NCBI GenBank assembly: GCA_963749495.1
Contig: CAVVMW010000001.1
Location: forward strand, 416,001 to 480,000
DNA: 64,000 nucleotides
Direction: 5' to 3'
Source: an uncultured bacterium
Lineage (GTDB): Bacteria > Verrucomicrobiota > Verrucomicrobiia > Limisphaerales > UBA8199
The position numbers and the translations under genes were made by a program. How positions within the stretch are numbered: the stretch's first letter is position 1; every line of letters begins with the position of its first letter. The notes below the pieces were generated by a model. The model worked only from the letters and a program-made list of their open reading frames with translations, was not told the origin of the DNA and did not search any database. Shown in pieces: positions 22,253 through 33,426 of the stretch.

Positions 22253-24856
22253 CTAAGGCGCTTTGAGCAGCCGGACTCCCCCGCCGTTCAAGCCCACTGC
22301 GAGGGTGTGCCCGTCCGGGGCGAACCCGAGCCACGAACCGGCAGCGGGCAATGGAACGACGGCGACTTCACGCAGGGTCGGGAGGTCCCAAAAACGCAGG
22401 CCCTGTTGCTGCTCGATCGAGACCAGCGTGCGGCCATCCTGGGCCATGGCAACCGCGCTGACTTCGGTCAGGTGCCCGCGCAAAGTCGCCAGTTCGCGGC
22501 CGGACGCGACCGCCCAAAGCTTGATCGTGGCATCGCTGCTGGCCGTGGCCAGAAGACGGCTGTCCGGCGAAAAGGCGGCCCATTTTCCCTGGTCGAAATG
22601 AGCGGCAAGCCGGCGCGAGGTCCGCCCCTGCACAGAACAGAGCAGGAATCCATCTTCGCCCAACGTGAGGGCCGCCCAATTGCCGTCCGGACTGAGCGCG
22701 AGGAACCAGGCCTCACTTGCCGGCACCTGAAGCGAGGCGAGCCTCCGTCCAGTGCGGCCGTCCCAGGCGGACAAGCGCTTCTCCGGCGAAAGCCCAGCGA
22801 AGATACGGCCGTCATTGGATACGCCCCAGACATGCGGTGGCTGCTCGTTGGGATTGTGTTCGAGGCTCACCTCGCGGGGAGCGCCACCGAATGCCGTGTC
22901 GCGCCACTCCAGCGCGAAGGGCGCGCGCCGCAACAGGAGGTTGCCCGTGGCGTCCAAGGCCAACGGTTCGGCGGCGTCGAGGGCCAGGGCCGGCGTGTCC
23001 CGGTCGAGGTCATAGACCAGGGTGTGCGGCGGGTCGTCGGCTGACAAGGTCACCATCCGGCGGCCGTCGGCAGAAAAGAAGTGCTGGCCCCAGACACGGG
23101 CCTCGAGCACGCGGTCGGAGAAAGGCTTGGCGACAGGCCAGGCAAAGACATTGCGGTCCTTGCCTCCAGTGGCGAATTGCCGGCCATCCGGGCTGAAGCT
23201 GGCGCACCAGACTTCACTGCTGTGCCCCCGGTAGATGTCCAGCAGCGTTCCCGTCCGGGCTTCCCACAAGCGCAGTGTCTGGTCGGAAGAGGTGGTCAGA
23301 AGACGCGTGCCGTCGGGCGAGAAAGCGGCGCGCCAGGTGGGCAGAGAATGGCCGGGCCATCGCTCGAACGTGGGCTGCGCCCCAGGCAGGCGCCAGACGC
23401 GCACGTCCGGCTCGAAGCCGGTGGCCACCAGCGCCTGGTCGTCGTCCGAGAAAATCATCGCCCACACCTTGCCGGTGCCCGTCAAACGATGCTCGAGGGC
23501 GCCCGTGTCCGCTGCGAAGATGTCGATCCGGTCCGAGGTATCGGAAAGGGCGAGCTTTTTCCCCGAAGGCGAGAGGACTGCGAGCCGGGCATCTGGAAAA
23601 CGCCGGGCTTGGCCGGACTCCAGGTCGCGGAGGCAGACCGGACCTGCCGCGGCGTCGGTTTCCCAGGCCACTGGGTTGCCCTCGCAGGTAACCAACAGCC
23701 TGCCATCCCTGGAAATCCGCGCACTGGACGCGGGATAATTCGTCAACTCCACTCTCTCGCTGACATCCCAGATCGCAGCGCCAGAGGTCACGCCGACCGC
23801 CAATAAACGCCGGCTGTCGGGGAACCACTGCATTTCCCGGATGTGGTTGGTCGTCAGGATCAAGGGCGCGCCGGGCACGCCCGGCCGCCAGAGACGCAGG
23901 TCGGCGCCGACCGTGCCGGAGCCCAGGCTGCCGCTGGCAATCCAGTGCCCGTCGGGAGACCAGGCGGTACTGGTGACAATCCACGCGTGCTGCCCCAGCA
24001 AGATGCGCGGATCGCCCGCACTACGCGCCTGCAGGTAGCGCCACGCGAACGGCTCCTTCCCGAAGGCCGGTGTGTGGCGGGCCAGCAAGTCCCGGGCACG
24101 GCCCAGGTCGCCGTGTTCTATATCCTCGGCTGCAATCCGCAAGTCCGCGGCGTAGAGGTTGAAGTGGTTCTCGCGTGACTGCCGAAGAAAGACGGCCAGG
24201 CCCGCCGCCAGCACGGCCGTCAGCAACCCGCCCATCACGGTCAGGCCAGGGTGCCGGAGCGACCAGAGCCAAAGCTGCCCCGGGACACCCACCGGCCGCG
24301 CTCTGATGGGACGGCGCTCCAGGAAAGCCCTCAGTTCCTCCGCCACCTCGAGGGCGGAGGCATACCGGCGTGAAGGTTCCTTGGCCAGGCATTTCAAGCA
24401 GATGGTCTCGAGGTCTTCCGGCACGCGAGGGTTGATTTGGCGCGGGCGCGCCGGTTCGCTGGTCAGCACCAGCGCCAGTGTCGCCGTCACAGTTGAGCCG
24501 CTGAACGGCGGACGGGCCGTCAGGAGGTGGTAGAGGAGCGCGCCCAGGCCATAGACATCGCCGGCAACCCCGATGCGGCCGCGTTGCGGGTCCGCCTGTT
24601 CGGGTGGCATATAGCCGGGCGAACCGGCGATGTGCTGGGTGCTCTCGCAGCCAAGCTGCCGGGAGAGGCCGAAATCCGTCACGCGTGGCTGGTCCGCCCG
24701 GTCGATCAGCACGTTTCCGGGCTTCAAATCCCGGTGCAGGATGCCCCGGGCGTGCGCCGCGCCAACGGCTTGGGCCACCGCTCGCGCATACCGGGCCGCG
24801 CGGCGTGGTTCCAGGGGACCCTCGGCGGCCAGCACTGCGAGCGGTGTTCCCCTCAA
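22253..24856 (-). pseudogene. Ser/Thr kinase-WD40 protein lacking the kinase N-lobe
   Basis: HRDLKPGN, DFG, GYMPPEQ, TM helix and WD40 repeats are present; the Gly loop and VAxK are absent. Confidence 0.8.
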
Positions 24857-25567
24857 AAGTATTGCATTTCACTGTCAACGTCGGCGGGGGACTGAACGGT
24901 GCTGCCGACTTCTTCGCGGGTGAATTGGCGCAACCGTTGCCGCAGCCGGAAGACGGCCGCGGCAAGCGCCCCTTCGCTCAATCCCAAGCCGGGGGCCTCG
25001 CGGGCATAATCGCCCGGTTTGGCCTCGGCCACCAGCCAACGGCAGAGCTTGCCGAAGAGCGCTTCCTTGCCGGCGGCGGCATATTCCTGCCGGAGCCGCG
25101 CAACCGATTTCTGCACAATCGTCTCCGCCCACACCCGGTCGAATACAAAATCATCGGGTGGTTGCGTGGCCAGGGCTGCCTCGCAGCGTGCCAGGAACGT
25201 CCGGGTCCTCGAGCGCGAAGTGCGGGCAAGCCCCGCCGCGGCGCTGCGTCCGCCGGTCGCGCCGCACATTGGCGGCATAGTGCTTGAGGCACCCCAGCAG
25301 GAACGAGCGGAACCGCCCCTTGTCCCGTGAAACATCGCGCAAGTAGTCCCCGGCAATGAACTGCTCGAAAAAGCCCTGGACGAGGTCTTCAGCCTCTTCC
25401 GCAGTGCATCCATCGCGCCGCAGAAACGCGTAAAGTGGCGGCCAATAGGCGGCACAAAGACGGGCGAGTGCTTCCCCAGCCGCGCGTGCCCCGTCCGCAC
25501 GGGCGGAAAGCACCTCCGTCCAGCAGGTCGTTGCGAACGCTCGATTAGCCTGTTCTGAGTTACCCAT
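24853..25567 (-). CDS. ECF sigma-70 factor of the PVC kinase-associated type; +1 frameshift near 25193
   Basis: FATTCWTEVL...LCAAYWPPLYAFLRR...AEDLVQGFF...GRFRSFLL; the second frame gives FDRVWA...AVFRLRQR. Confidence 0.85.
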
Positions 25568-25659
25568 GAGCAGACGTTAACAGTGACCCACTCGTGCTCG
25601 TTTTCAGGGGACCCCAGGCGCGCCGACCCAGGCTGCCGGAAATGCCCGGTGCCAGTTGG

Positions 25660-25774
25660 ATCAAGCGCTGAACGTCAAGGAGCTCGCTGTACTCGCCGGG
25701 ATTTCTTACCCCACTGCCCGAGAGTGGTTTCGCCTGCCCGGCTTCCCGGTTGTGCAAGGCGAGGTCTTGCCATA
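25660..25774 (+). pseudogene. Helix-turn-helix (excisionase-like) fragment
   Basis: DQALNVKELAVLAGISYPTAREWFRLPGFP. Confidence 0.4.
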
Positions 25775-25954
25775 ACGTAAGTGTCGCACACTTAGTGCCA
25801 TCTTGAAAGCGAAATGGGACAAGGTTGAGAACGCGCAAAAGCCTTCCCTCGGCAGCAGAAAGCTGCCACCATCAGCCGATCGCATTCTCCTGGAGGAAAG
25901 TTAAAGCGGAACTTGTTATTGGAAAGTGTCCACACGTTATTCACACTGAGGTCA

Positions 25955-26400
25955 ATGTCTGCGGGCCAGAGCGTCGGCGGGCCATCCTGGGCCGTTCCGG
26001 GGGGTGTGGCGTGGACGGCAGGCCAGCCCGCGCTTGCGGGCCTGGACCGCGAGCTGTCCAAGCACCTGGTCGTGAGACTGACCAACGCGGTGACCTCGAT
26101 GGACATCTGAGTCGTCCACCTGCGCAGGCCGATCGGCAACGACGGCACCGAGAAACAGCGGAACCAGTGCCGGGCCCTGCTGCGCTGGGCCATGCGACAC
26201 CTGTCCGACGACCCGAAGGCCAACTTGGTCATCATGGGGGACTTCAACGAAGGCCATCCGGTCCAGCGACGGCCAGGCCCTGGCGGTGTTGGCTCAGGCC
26301 AGACCGCCGCTGGTGGACCCGCTCGGCACCCTGAGCGGGAGGATTGCGACCCACGCGGACGGTCGCGGTCGTGCTCTTGCCGAACCACAGGGCCCTTCAC
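25955..26400 (+). pseudogene. Endonuclease/exonuclease/phosphatase family remnant
   Basis: VVHL...NLVIMGDFNE motif; in-frame TGA at 26108-26110. Confidence 0.6.
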
Positions 26401-26829
26401 CGCGTTAGGTCCTCGGCCACACTGCCCCTTTTCCCCAGGCGGAGGATGTCGCGGCGGATTTCACCGGCCTTGTCGGCCCACCGAGGCCGCTGTGGCAGCG
26501 AGTTCCATACCGACATTTACGGTGATTCGTTGCTGATGGTGATGACAGGCCGGGCGTCATCACCGGGGCCGCACAGAGACCAGAGCTTGACCAACTCGCT
26601 GTGGTCAGTGTTTGCACAAGCCGACGAGCTTGGCACAACCGGCGTGCGAACCGGCATTGGTGCAAACGAAATCGGTTCTGCTCATGACCCACGGCCTCGA
26701 AACTGACGCGGCGCCCCTCAGAAGGTGAAAGGCCGGGCGCAGCATAAGGGCTCGACTATTGATTCCATTGATGTAGCCAGCAAAAGTATCAATTTCTCCG
26801 ATTCCACCGCGTGTGGTTAGATTGCTTCC

Positions 26830-27279
26830 ATGAAGCAAAACCAAAACGATCCGAATATCCGACAACGGCCAGCAACGCGGCATCTACTTCAGTCGTGCTT
26901 GCTGCCCCTGCTCACGGTGCTGGTTTGGGCTGGGTGCAAGCAGGGTCCGAAGGTCGCTGCCGACATCAATCCCGTCGGCAGCTACGCCTTGGTGAGCGTC
27001 AACGGGAGCAAGGTGCCATGCACTGTGCAGCACGAAGCGGCCACGCTGAGCGTCAAATCCGGCACCTTCACCATCAATGCCGATGGCACTTGCAGCAGCA
27101 AGGTGGTTTTCTCCCCGCCGTCAGGCGGCGACTCCAGCCGCGAGGTCAAGGCCACCTACACCCGCCAAGGCTCAAAACTCACCATGCAGTGGGAAGGGGC
27201 TGGCACGACCACCGGCACGGTCAACGGTGACACGTTCACGATGAACAATGAGGGGATGATCTTCACCTACCACAAGTAA
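26830..27279 (+). CDS. Putative lipoprotein (lipocalin-like beta protein)
   Basis: Lipobox-like VWAGC; GSYALVSVNG; beta-rich. Confidence 0.75.
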   Translation: MKQNQNDPNIRQRPATRHLLQSCLLPLLTVLVWAGCKQGPKVAADINPVGSYALVSVNGSKVPCTVQHEAATLSVKSGTFTINADGTCSSKVVFSPPSGGDSSREVKATYTRQGSKLTMQWEGAGTTTGTVNGDTFTMNNEGMIFTYHK

Positions 27280-27559
27280 AGATGGTTGAACCAACTCCGC
27301 GAGGCCACTTCCTGACCGGATGAGTCGAGTAGTCAGAACCGTTGGTCGAGAGGGGGCGGGGTCCGTGCCCTCTTTTTGCCGAACATGGCCGAGAACCTTG
27401 TCCACATACGCTTTGACAGCAGAACAGGCTTAATCGTAGAGATGGGCGAATCAAGTCGCAGGATAAAGCCCTGAACACGAGCCGCTCCACAACGCGAAGT
27501 ATGGGCTTGCTGAGTTGGTTGGGTTGTTTACCTTGTGAGCACTATCAGCCCAAGCTGCC

Positions 27560-30500
27560 ATGCAGGCCCCTGAACCATCGTCCGGCAGCCGGAAGCAGGA
27601 CATCCTCCGGCAGGCGTTGATGCGGAAAACGCCGATTGAGCGAGCCGCGTTCCTCGATGGCGCGTGTGGCGGTGATGCGGCCTTGCGCGTGGAGATGGAC
27701 GCCTGGCTGGCCATTTATGAGGGAGGCGAGAAAGGCCCCGCGCTGAATGCGGACACTGGCATCGCTTCTCCGGGAGAAGGCACGACCGAAATCACGCCCA
27801 CGCTCCTGGATGAAACACCCCTGACTGAGGGGCCGGGGACGGTCATTGGCCGCTACAAGCTGCTGGAGCAAATCGGGGAGGGCGGCTTTGGGGTGGTGTA
27901 TGTGGCCCAACAGCAGGAGCCGGTTCGCCGCCAGGTGGCCCTGAAGATCATCAAGCTGGGGATGGACACGCGGCAGGTCGTGGCCCGGTTCGAGGCGGAG
28001 CGGCAGGCGCTGGCGCTGATGGACCATCCCAACATCGCCAAGGTGTTCGATGCGGGCGCAACCGAAAGCGGGCGGCCTTTCTTTGTGATGGAACTGGTCA
28101 AGGGAGTCCCCATCCCTCAATACTGCGACCGGGAAAAGCTCAGCACGATTGACCGGTTGAAGTTGTTCATCGGCGTTTGCCAGGCCATTCAACACGCGCA
28201 CCAGAAGGGTATTATCCACCGTGACATCAAGCCTTCCAACATCCTGGTGACGGTGCAGGAGGGCAGGCCGGTGCCCAAGGTCATCGACTTTGGGATCGCC
28301 AAGGCGACTCAGCAGAGGCTGACGGACAAGACGTTGCACACGCAACTGGAGCAATTCATCGGGACACCGGCCTATATGAGTCCCGAGCAGGCGGAGATGA
28401 GCGGGTTGGACATCAACACGCGCAGCGACATCTACAGCCTGGGGGTGCTGCTGTATGAACTGCTGGTGGGCAAGACGCCCTTCGACTCGAAGGAATTGCT
28501 GGCAGCGGGGTTGGATGGGATTCGGCGGACGATTCGGGAAAAGGAACCGGCGCGGCCCTCGACGCGGTTGACCCTGATGGGGAAGGAGGAGTTGACGACG
28601 ACCACCCAATGTCGCGGGGCGGAGGCACCCAAGCTCATCGGCCTATTGCGAGGCGATCTGGATTGGATCGTGATGAAGTGCCTGGAGAAGGACCGGACAC
28701 GGCGTTACGACACGGCGAATGCCCTGGCCGCCGATCTCCAGCGGCACCTGGACAACGAACCGGTTGTCGCCAGGCCCCCGAGCACGGCCTACAGGCCCCA
28801 GAAGGCGTGGCGACGTAATAAACTCGCTTTCACAGCCGGGGCCGCCGTCGCGGCGGCGCTGATGGTCGGCATTGGCATCAGCACCTGGCAGGCGGTGGTA
28901 GCGACCCGTGCCAAGACAGATGCGGTTCAAGCTAAGACCAAAGCTGTAACGGCGCAGAAGGAGGCGGAACGGGCACGGGAAGCCGAGACATCGATGCGGC
29001 GCGAGGCCGAACACCAACTATATGCGGCCAACATGAACCTGGCCCAGCAAGCCTGGGACCAGAACAACATCGGTCGGCTGCGGGAATTGCTGGAAGCCAC
29101 GCAAGACTCTCCCTATCGCGGTTTTGAATGGTATTATTGGCAACCGAAAACTCACTTGGACTTGAAGACGCTCCGAGGCCATCTGGCTGGAGTTAGGTCT
29201 GTGGCCTATTCCCCGGACGGCCAACGGATTGTCACCGGTAGTGACGATAACACGGCCAAGGTGTGGGATGCGGCCAGCGGCAAGGAACTGCTCACGCTCA
29301 AGGGGCACAGCCATTGGATTTGGTCTGTGGCCTTTTCCCCGGACGGCCAGCGGATTGTCAGCGGCAGTCAGGATGCGACGGCCAAGGTATGGGAGGCAGC
29401 CAGCGGGCGCGAACTGCTCACGCTCAAAGGGCACAGCGATCCGATTTCCTCTGTGGCCTTTTCGCCGGACGGCCAACGGATTGTGACTGGAAGTTTTGAT
29501 CCGACGGCCAAGGTATGGGAGGCGGCCAGCGGCCGCGAACTGCTCACGCTCAAGGGCCACAACGGTGGGATTAGGTCTGTGGGCTTTTCCCCGGACGGCC
29601 AACGGATTGTCACCGGCAGTTGGGATCGGACGGCCAAGGTGTGGGAGGCGGCCAGTGGCCGGGAACTGCTCACGCTCAAGGGGCACACCGCTCAGATTTG
29701 GTCTGTGTCCTTTTCGCCGGACGGCCAGCGGATTGTCACCGGCAGCGAGGATAAGACGGCCAAGGTATGGGAGGCGGCCAGCGGGAAGGAACTGCTCACG
29801 CTCAAAGGGCACAGCGATGCGATTTATTGCGTTGCCTTTTCCCCGGACGGCCAGCGGATTGTCACCGGCAGCCAGGATCAGACGGCCAAGGTGTGGGAGA
29901 CCGCCAGCGGGGACGAACTGCTCACTCTCAAGGGCCACAGCCATCATGTTCGGTCTGTGGCCTTTTCCCCGGACGGCCAGCGGATTGTTACCGGCAGTTG
30001 GGATCGGACGGCCAAGGTGTGGGAGGCGGGCAGCGTCAAAGAACTGCTCACGCTCAAGGGCCACTACGATGTGATTTGGTCTGTGGCCCTTTCCCCGGAC
30101 GGCCAGCGGATTGTTACTGGCAGTTTCGATGGGACTACCAAGGTGCGGGAGGCGGCCAGTGGTCGGGAACAGCTCACGCTCAAGGGACATACGGATCAGA
30201 TCCGTTCAGTGGCCTTTTCCCCGGACGGCCAGCGGCTTGTAACCGGGAGTTGGGATAACACGGCCAAGGTGTGGGAGACGGCCAGCGGCAAGGAACTGCT
30301 CACGCTCAAGGGACACACCGCTGGGGTTGTTTCCTCGGTCTTTTCGCCGGACGGCCAGCGGATTGTCACCGGCAGCGAGGATAAGACGGCCAAGGTGTGG
30401 GAGGCAGGCAGTGGGCGCGGACTGCTCACACTCAAGGGGCACAGCAGTGGGGTTCCCTCTGTGGCCTTTTCCCCGGACGGCCAACGGATTGTCACCGGCA

Positions 30501-30967
30501 GTTGGGATCGGACGGCCAAGGTGTGGGAGGTGGCCAGCGGCAAGGAACTGCTGACGCTCAAGGGGCACAGCGCCACGATTTGGTCTGCGGCCTTTTCCGC
30601 GGACGGCCATCGGATTGTCACCGGTAGTGACGATAACACGGCCAAGGTGTGGGATGCGGCCAGCGGCAAGGAACTGCTCACGCTCAAGGGGCACAGCGAT
30701 TGGATTTGGTCTGTGGCCTTTTCCCCGGACGGCAAGCGGATTGTCACCGGCAGCGAGGATCAGACGGCCAAGGTATGGGAGACGACCAGTGGCCGGGAAC
30801 TGGTCACGCTCAAGGGGCAGGGCGCTGCGATTAAGTTTGTTGCCTTTTCCCCCGACGGCCAGCGGATTGTCACCGGCAGTGCTGATCAGACAGCCAAGAT
30901 GTGGAAGGCGGCTACAGCCCAGCAGGTCGCTGCCTGGCAGGAGGAAGAACGGGCGGCGGCTCAGTAA
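27560..30967 (+). CDS. Ser/Thr protein kinase with TM helix and 14 WD40 repeats
   Basis: IGEGGFGVV, VALKII, HRDIKPSN, IDFG, GTPAYMSPEQ; TM; fourteen 42-aa GH...W repeats. Confidence 0.96.
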   Translation: MQAPEPSSGSRKQDILRQALMRKTPIERAAFLDGACGGDAALRVEMDAWLAIYEGGEKGPALNADTGIASPGEGTTEITPTLLDETPLTEGPGTVIGRYKLLEQIGEGGFGVVYVAQQQEPVRRQVALKIIKLGMDTRQVVARFEAERQALALMDHPNIAKVFDAGATESGRPFFVMELVKGVPIPQYCDREKLSTIDRLKLFIGVCQAIQHAHQKGIIHRDIKPSNILVTVQEGRPVPKVIDFGIAKATQQRLTDKTLHTQLEQFIGTPAYMSPEQAEMSGLDINTRSDIYSLGVLLYELLVGKTPFDSKELLAAGLDGIRRTIREKEPARPSTRLTLMGKEELTTTTQCRGAEAPKLIGLLRGDLDWIVMKCLEKDRTRRYDTANALAADLQRHLDNEPVVARPPSTAYRPQKAWRRNKLAFTAGAAVAAALMVGIGISTWQAVVATRAKTDAVQAKTKAVTAQKEAERAREAETSMRREAEHQLYAANMNLAQQAWDQNNIGRLRELLEATQDSPYRGFEWYYWQPKTHLDLKTLRGHLAGVRSVAYSPDGQRIVTGSDDNTAKVWDAASGKELLTLKGHSHWIWSVAFSPDGQRIVSGSQDATAKVWEAASGRELLTLKGHSDPISSVAFSPDGQRIVTGSFDPTAKVWEAASGRELLTLKGHNGGIRSVGFSPDGQRIVTGSWDRTAKVWEAASGRELLTLKGHTAQIWSVSFSPDGQRIVTGSEDKTAKVWEAASGKELLTLKGHSDAIYCVAFSPDGQRIVTGSQDQTAKVWETASGDELLTLKGHSHHVRSVAFSPDGQRIVTGSWDRTAKVWEAGSVKELLTLKGHYDVIWSVALSPDGQRIVTGSFDGTTKVREAASGREQLTLKGHTDQIRSVAFSPDGQRLVTGSWDNTAKVWETASGKELLTLKGHTAGVVSSVFSPDGQRIVTGSEDKTAKVWEAGSGRGLLTLKGHSSGVPSVAFSPDGQRIVTGSWDRTAKVWEVASGKELLTLKGHSATIWSAAFSADGHRIVTGSDDNTAKVWDAASGKELLTLKGHSDWIWSVAFSPDGKRIVTGSEDQTAKVWETTSGRELVTLKGQGAAIKFVAFSPDGQRIVTGSADQTAKMWKAATAQQVAAWQEEERAAAQ
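29162..30925 (+). repeat. Coding tandem repeat, 14 x 126 bp
   Basis: Consensus LLTLKGHxxxIxSVAFSPDGQRIVTGSxDxTAKVWEAASGxE. Confidence 0.95.
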
Positions 30968-31154
30968 TTTACCGCCCTGGAGGACGAGCGGGCGGCGCAA
31001 CAGGAGCGCCAAAGGATTGCTCGCGCCCGTGATTCTATCAAGCAGTGGCTGGTCCTTGCCCCGATTGTTTTGTGGTTTGCCAATGAACGTCCATGAAGGG
31101 TGGGGAGCGGAAGTACTGACCAGTAAATAGGATTTGACACACTTGATAGAGCCG

Positions 31155-31500
31155 TGTCCGGGTCGCCCATCGCCGCCGACTCCCCGAACAGGAAGATGCG
31201 CACCGCGCCCGCCGGCTTTTCCGCCGCCATCGACAACGGCAGGGGCGAACGCGCAACCGCCCGGGGGAAAAACCGCCAGCCGAACTTGCGATTCTCGATC
31301 AGCACCGGCCTGCCATCGAGCCGGGCTCTCAGGAAAAACGAGGTCGGGTAGCCCCAACCCGCCAGGCGCAGCCCCAGCTCGACCAACGCCAGCATCACCC
31401 ACGGCGCCAGGACCATTCCCAGCCGCAACCACGCGCGCCTTGACGGCCCCCCCAAGGGCCCTCCTGGCTCCGCCCGTGGTGTAGGCTGCTGGGGCTTCAT
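31155..31500 (-). pseudogene. 5' fragment of a membrane-anchored SGNH-like protein
   Basis: LVELGLRLAGWGYPTSFF...FGWRFFP...RIFLFGESAAMGDP, then abrupt loss of similarity. Confidence 0.7.
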
Positions 31501-31764
31501 TTTCGAGCCCAGGCTAACAGGCCCTCCGAAGCCAGTGAAGGCCAAACTGAAAGCGGCAGGAGACTGGCCCGAACTCAGTAACCAGCTTGAGGCCGGCGCC
31601 GAGTTGGACGAGATTAGCGCCAGGGTTCCGAGCGCATCCTGCTGTCCTGGAAGCCTGCGAGCGGATTCCGATCCTTCTGCCCGAGGACGTGATTCGGAGG
31701 CGGCAAGGTTGTAGCCGCTGAGCAATTGTGAAGTGGAACTCGATGAATCCTCCAAAGTCCAAAG

Positions 31765-31836
31765 TTGAAGATCGTCAGCGGTGGTCAAACTGGTGGTGAC
31801 CGGGCTGCTCTGGATTGGGCCATCGAGAACGGCATC
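31765..31836 (+). pseudogene. N-terminal fragment of a putative molybdenum carrier family protein
   Basis: LKIVSGGQTGGDRAALDWAIENGI. Confidence 0.65.
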
Positions 31837-31979
31837 AGTCGGCCTGGCTCCTGGTACAACTTTAAGGTTAACGTTGAAGAAAGCATTTTCAGAACACGCT
31901 CTCAGCTGAATTGACCCGCTGATTTTGACGATTCTCCGTTACTTGCCACTATCACGCCAAAACTTTGCTAGATCCCAGC

Positions 31980-32063
31980 CGTCGTAGCGGGCGCGGTCGT
32001 AAATCGTCCCGCACCAACCGGGGTATTTCCAGGAGGACGTGCCGATGAAAACGCCTTGGGCGG
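31980..32063 (-). pseudogene. N-terminal fragment of a DUF72 protein
   Basis: AQGVFIGTSSWKYPGWCGTIYDRARY. Confidence 0.7.
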
Positions 32064-32364
32064 GGAGTTCCGCTGACCGCTGTTTTAGTTGTTCCCGGCT
32101 GAACGCCATTGGCCGATTATTACCCGCCGCGTGCGCTCGGGCAAACCCAAGATTCTAAACGAGAGTTCCGTGCCGTCGCGCTGGAGTTCTGGCCGAAAGC
32201 GGAGGGCTTTGCGCAAGCAGAAGACCGCGATGAACAGCCCCGACTTTCTGGTGCAACGGGTGCTCTCGTTCTTGTCTCGCGTGCCTGCGGCGTAAAATTA
32301 GGTTGCTCTGAATTCAGTTTGGCAGCGTGACTTTTGTAGATTATTATTGGCCGCTTACTTGAAT

Positions 32365-33381
32365 ATGTCCAAGCGACCCAACAGGCAGCATCGGCGTGGT
32401 TTTTTGAAAACGTTGGCCGCAGTCGGCGCTGGGGCGGTGTTCACGGGGAATGCTTCCCCGGTTGCCGCCGCCGAGACTCCGGCCCTTGGCCCAGTCCCGA
32501 AACGCAAATTCGGACGCCACTCCGAGATGATTTCCTCACTTGCACTTGGCGGGGCAACCCTCGTTCATGCCGCATCCATCGAGGAAGCCACCCGGATCGT
32601 CGCTGCTGCCATTGATTTGGGCGTTACCTTCTTCGACAATGCCTGGGAATACTCCGACGGGCGGGCCGAAGAATGGATGGGGACCGCTTTGCGGGGCAAG
32701 CGCGACAAGGTATTCTTGATGACCAAGGTTTGCACGCATCTCAAGGGCCAGGAGACCAAGGTTAAGGCCCTGGCCATGCTGGGAGATTCCCTCCGGCGGC
32801 TCAAGACGGATCACCTAGACCTTTGGCAGGTCCACCAGATTCTCACCGAGGCTGAGGCCGACTCGATCTTCATTCCCGGCGGCGTGCTTGAAGCTATTGA
32901 GCAAGCCAAAAAACAGGGCAAGATCCGCTATTGCGGCTTTACCGGCCATGCCGACCCCAAAGTTCATCTCCGTGTCCTTTCGCATCACTATCCTTTTGAC
33001 TCGGTACAGATGCCGTTGTCGGTGTTTGATGGGCACGAAAACGGGTTCCAGAAGCTCGTCCTGCCGGAGTTGCTCAAGCAGGGCATCGCGCCGCTTGCGA
33101 TGAAGACGCTTGGCGGCAACGCCCAAGCCGTCAAGGATGGGCTGGTTACCTCGGAGGAGGCTCTCCGCTATGGGCTGAGCCTTCCCATTGCAACCCTGAT
33201 CTCGGGAATCAACACCCTGGAGTGGCTGGAGAAGAACGCCAGGGTGGCCGCGAGTTTCAAGCCCTTCTCCCGCGAGGAAATGGCGGCGCTGGAACAGCGA
33301 TGCTCGTCCAAGAAGCAATATGAGTATTATCGCCGCTGGGCCTACTGCGACGGGCAGCCACACCGGTTTGCTTGCGCTTGA
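32365..33381 (+). CDS. Tat-exported aldo/keto reductase
   Basis: RRGFLK signal; FFDNAWEY, VFLMTK, LKTDHLDLWQVH, GKIRYCGFTGH. Confidence 0.93.
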   Translation: MSKRPNRQHRRGFLKTLAAVGAGAVFTGNASPVAAAETPALGPVPKRKFGRHSEMISSLALGGATLVHAASIEEATRIVAAAIDLGVTFFDNAWEYSDGRAEEWMGTALRGKRDKVFLMTKVCTHLKGQETKVKALAMLGDSLRRLKTDHLDLWQVHQILTEAEADSIFIPGGVLEAIEQAKKQGKIRYCGFTGHADPKVHLRVLSHHYPFDSVQMPLSVFDGHENGFQKLVLPELLKQGIAPLAMKTLGGNAQAVKDGLVTSEEALRYGLSLPIATLISGINTLEWLEKNARVAASFKPFSREEMAALEQRCSSKKQYEYYRRWAYCDGQPHRFACA

Positions 33382-33426
33382 TGCTCACATTTCGAGACTG
33401 AGACAGCCCCGCCTTCCGAAGCGCCC

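Noticed and set aside
29162..30925. Diversity-generating retroelement
   Set aside because: No reverse transcriptase or template repeat in the window, and the variation is not evidently adenine-specific.
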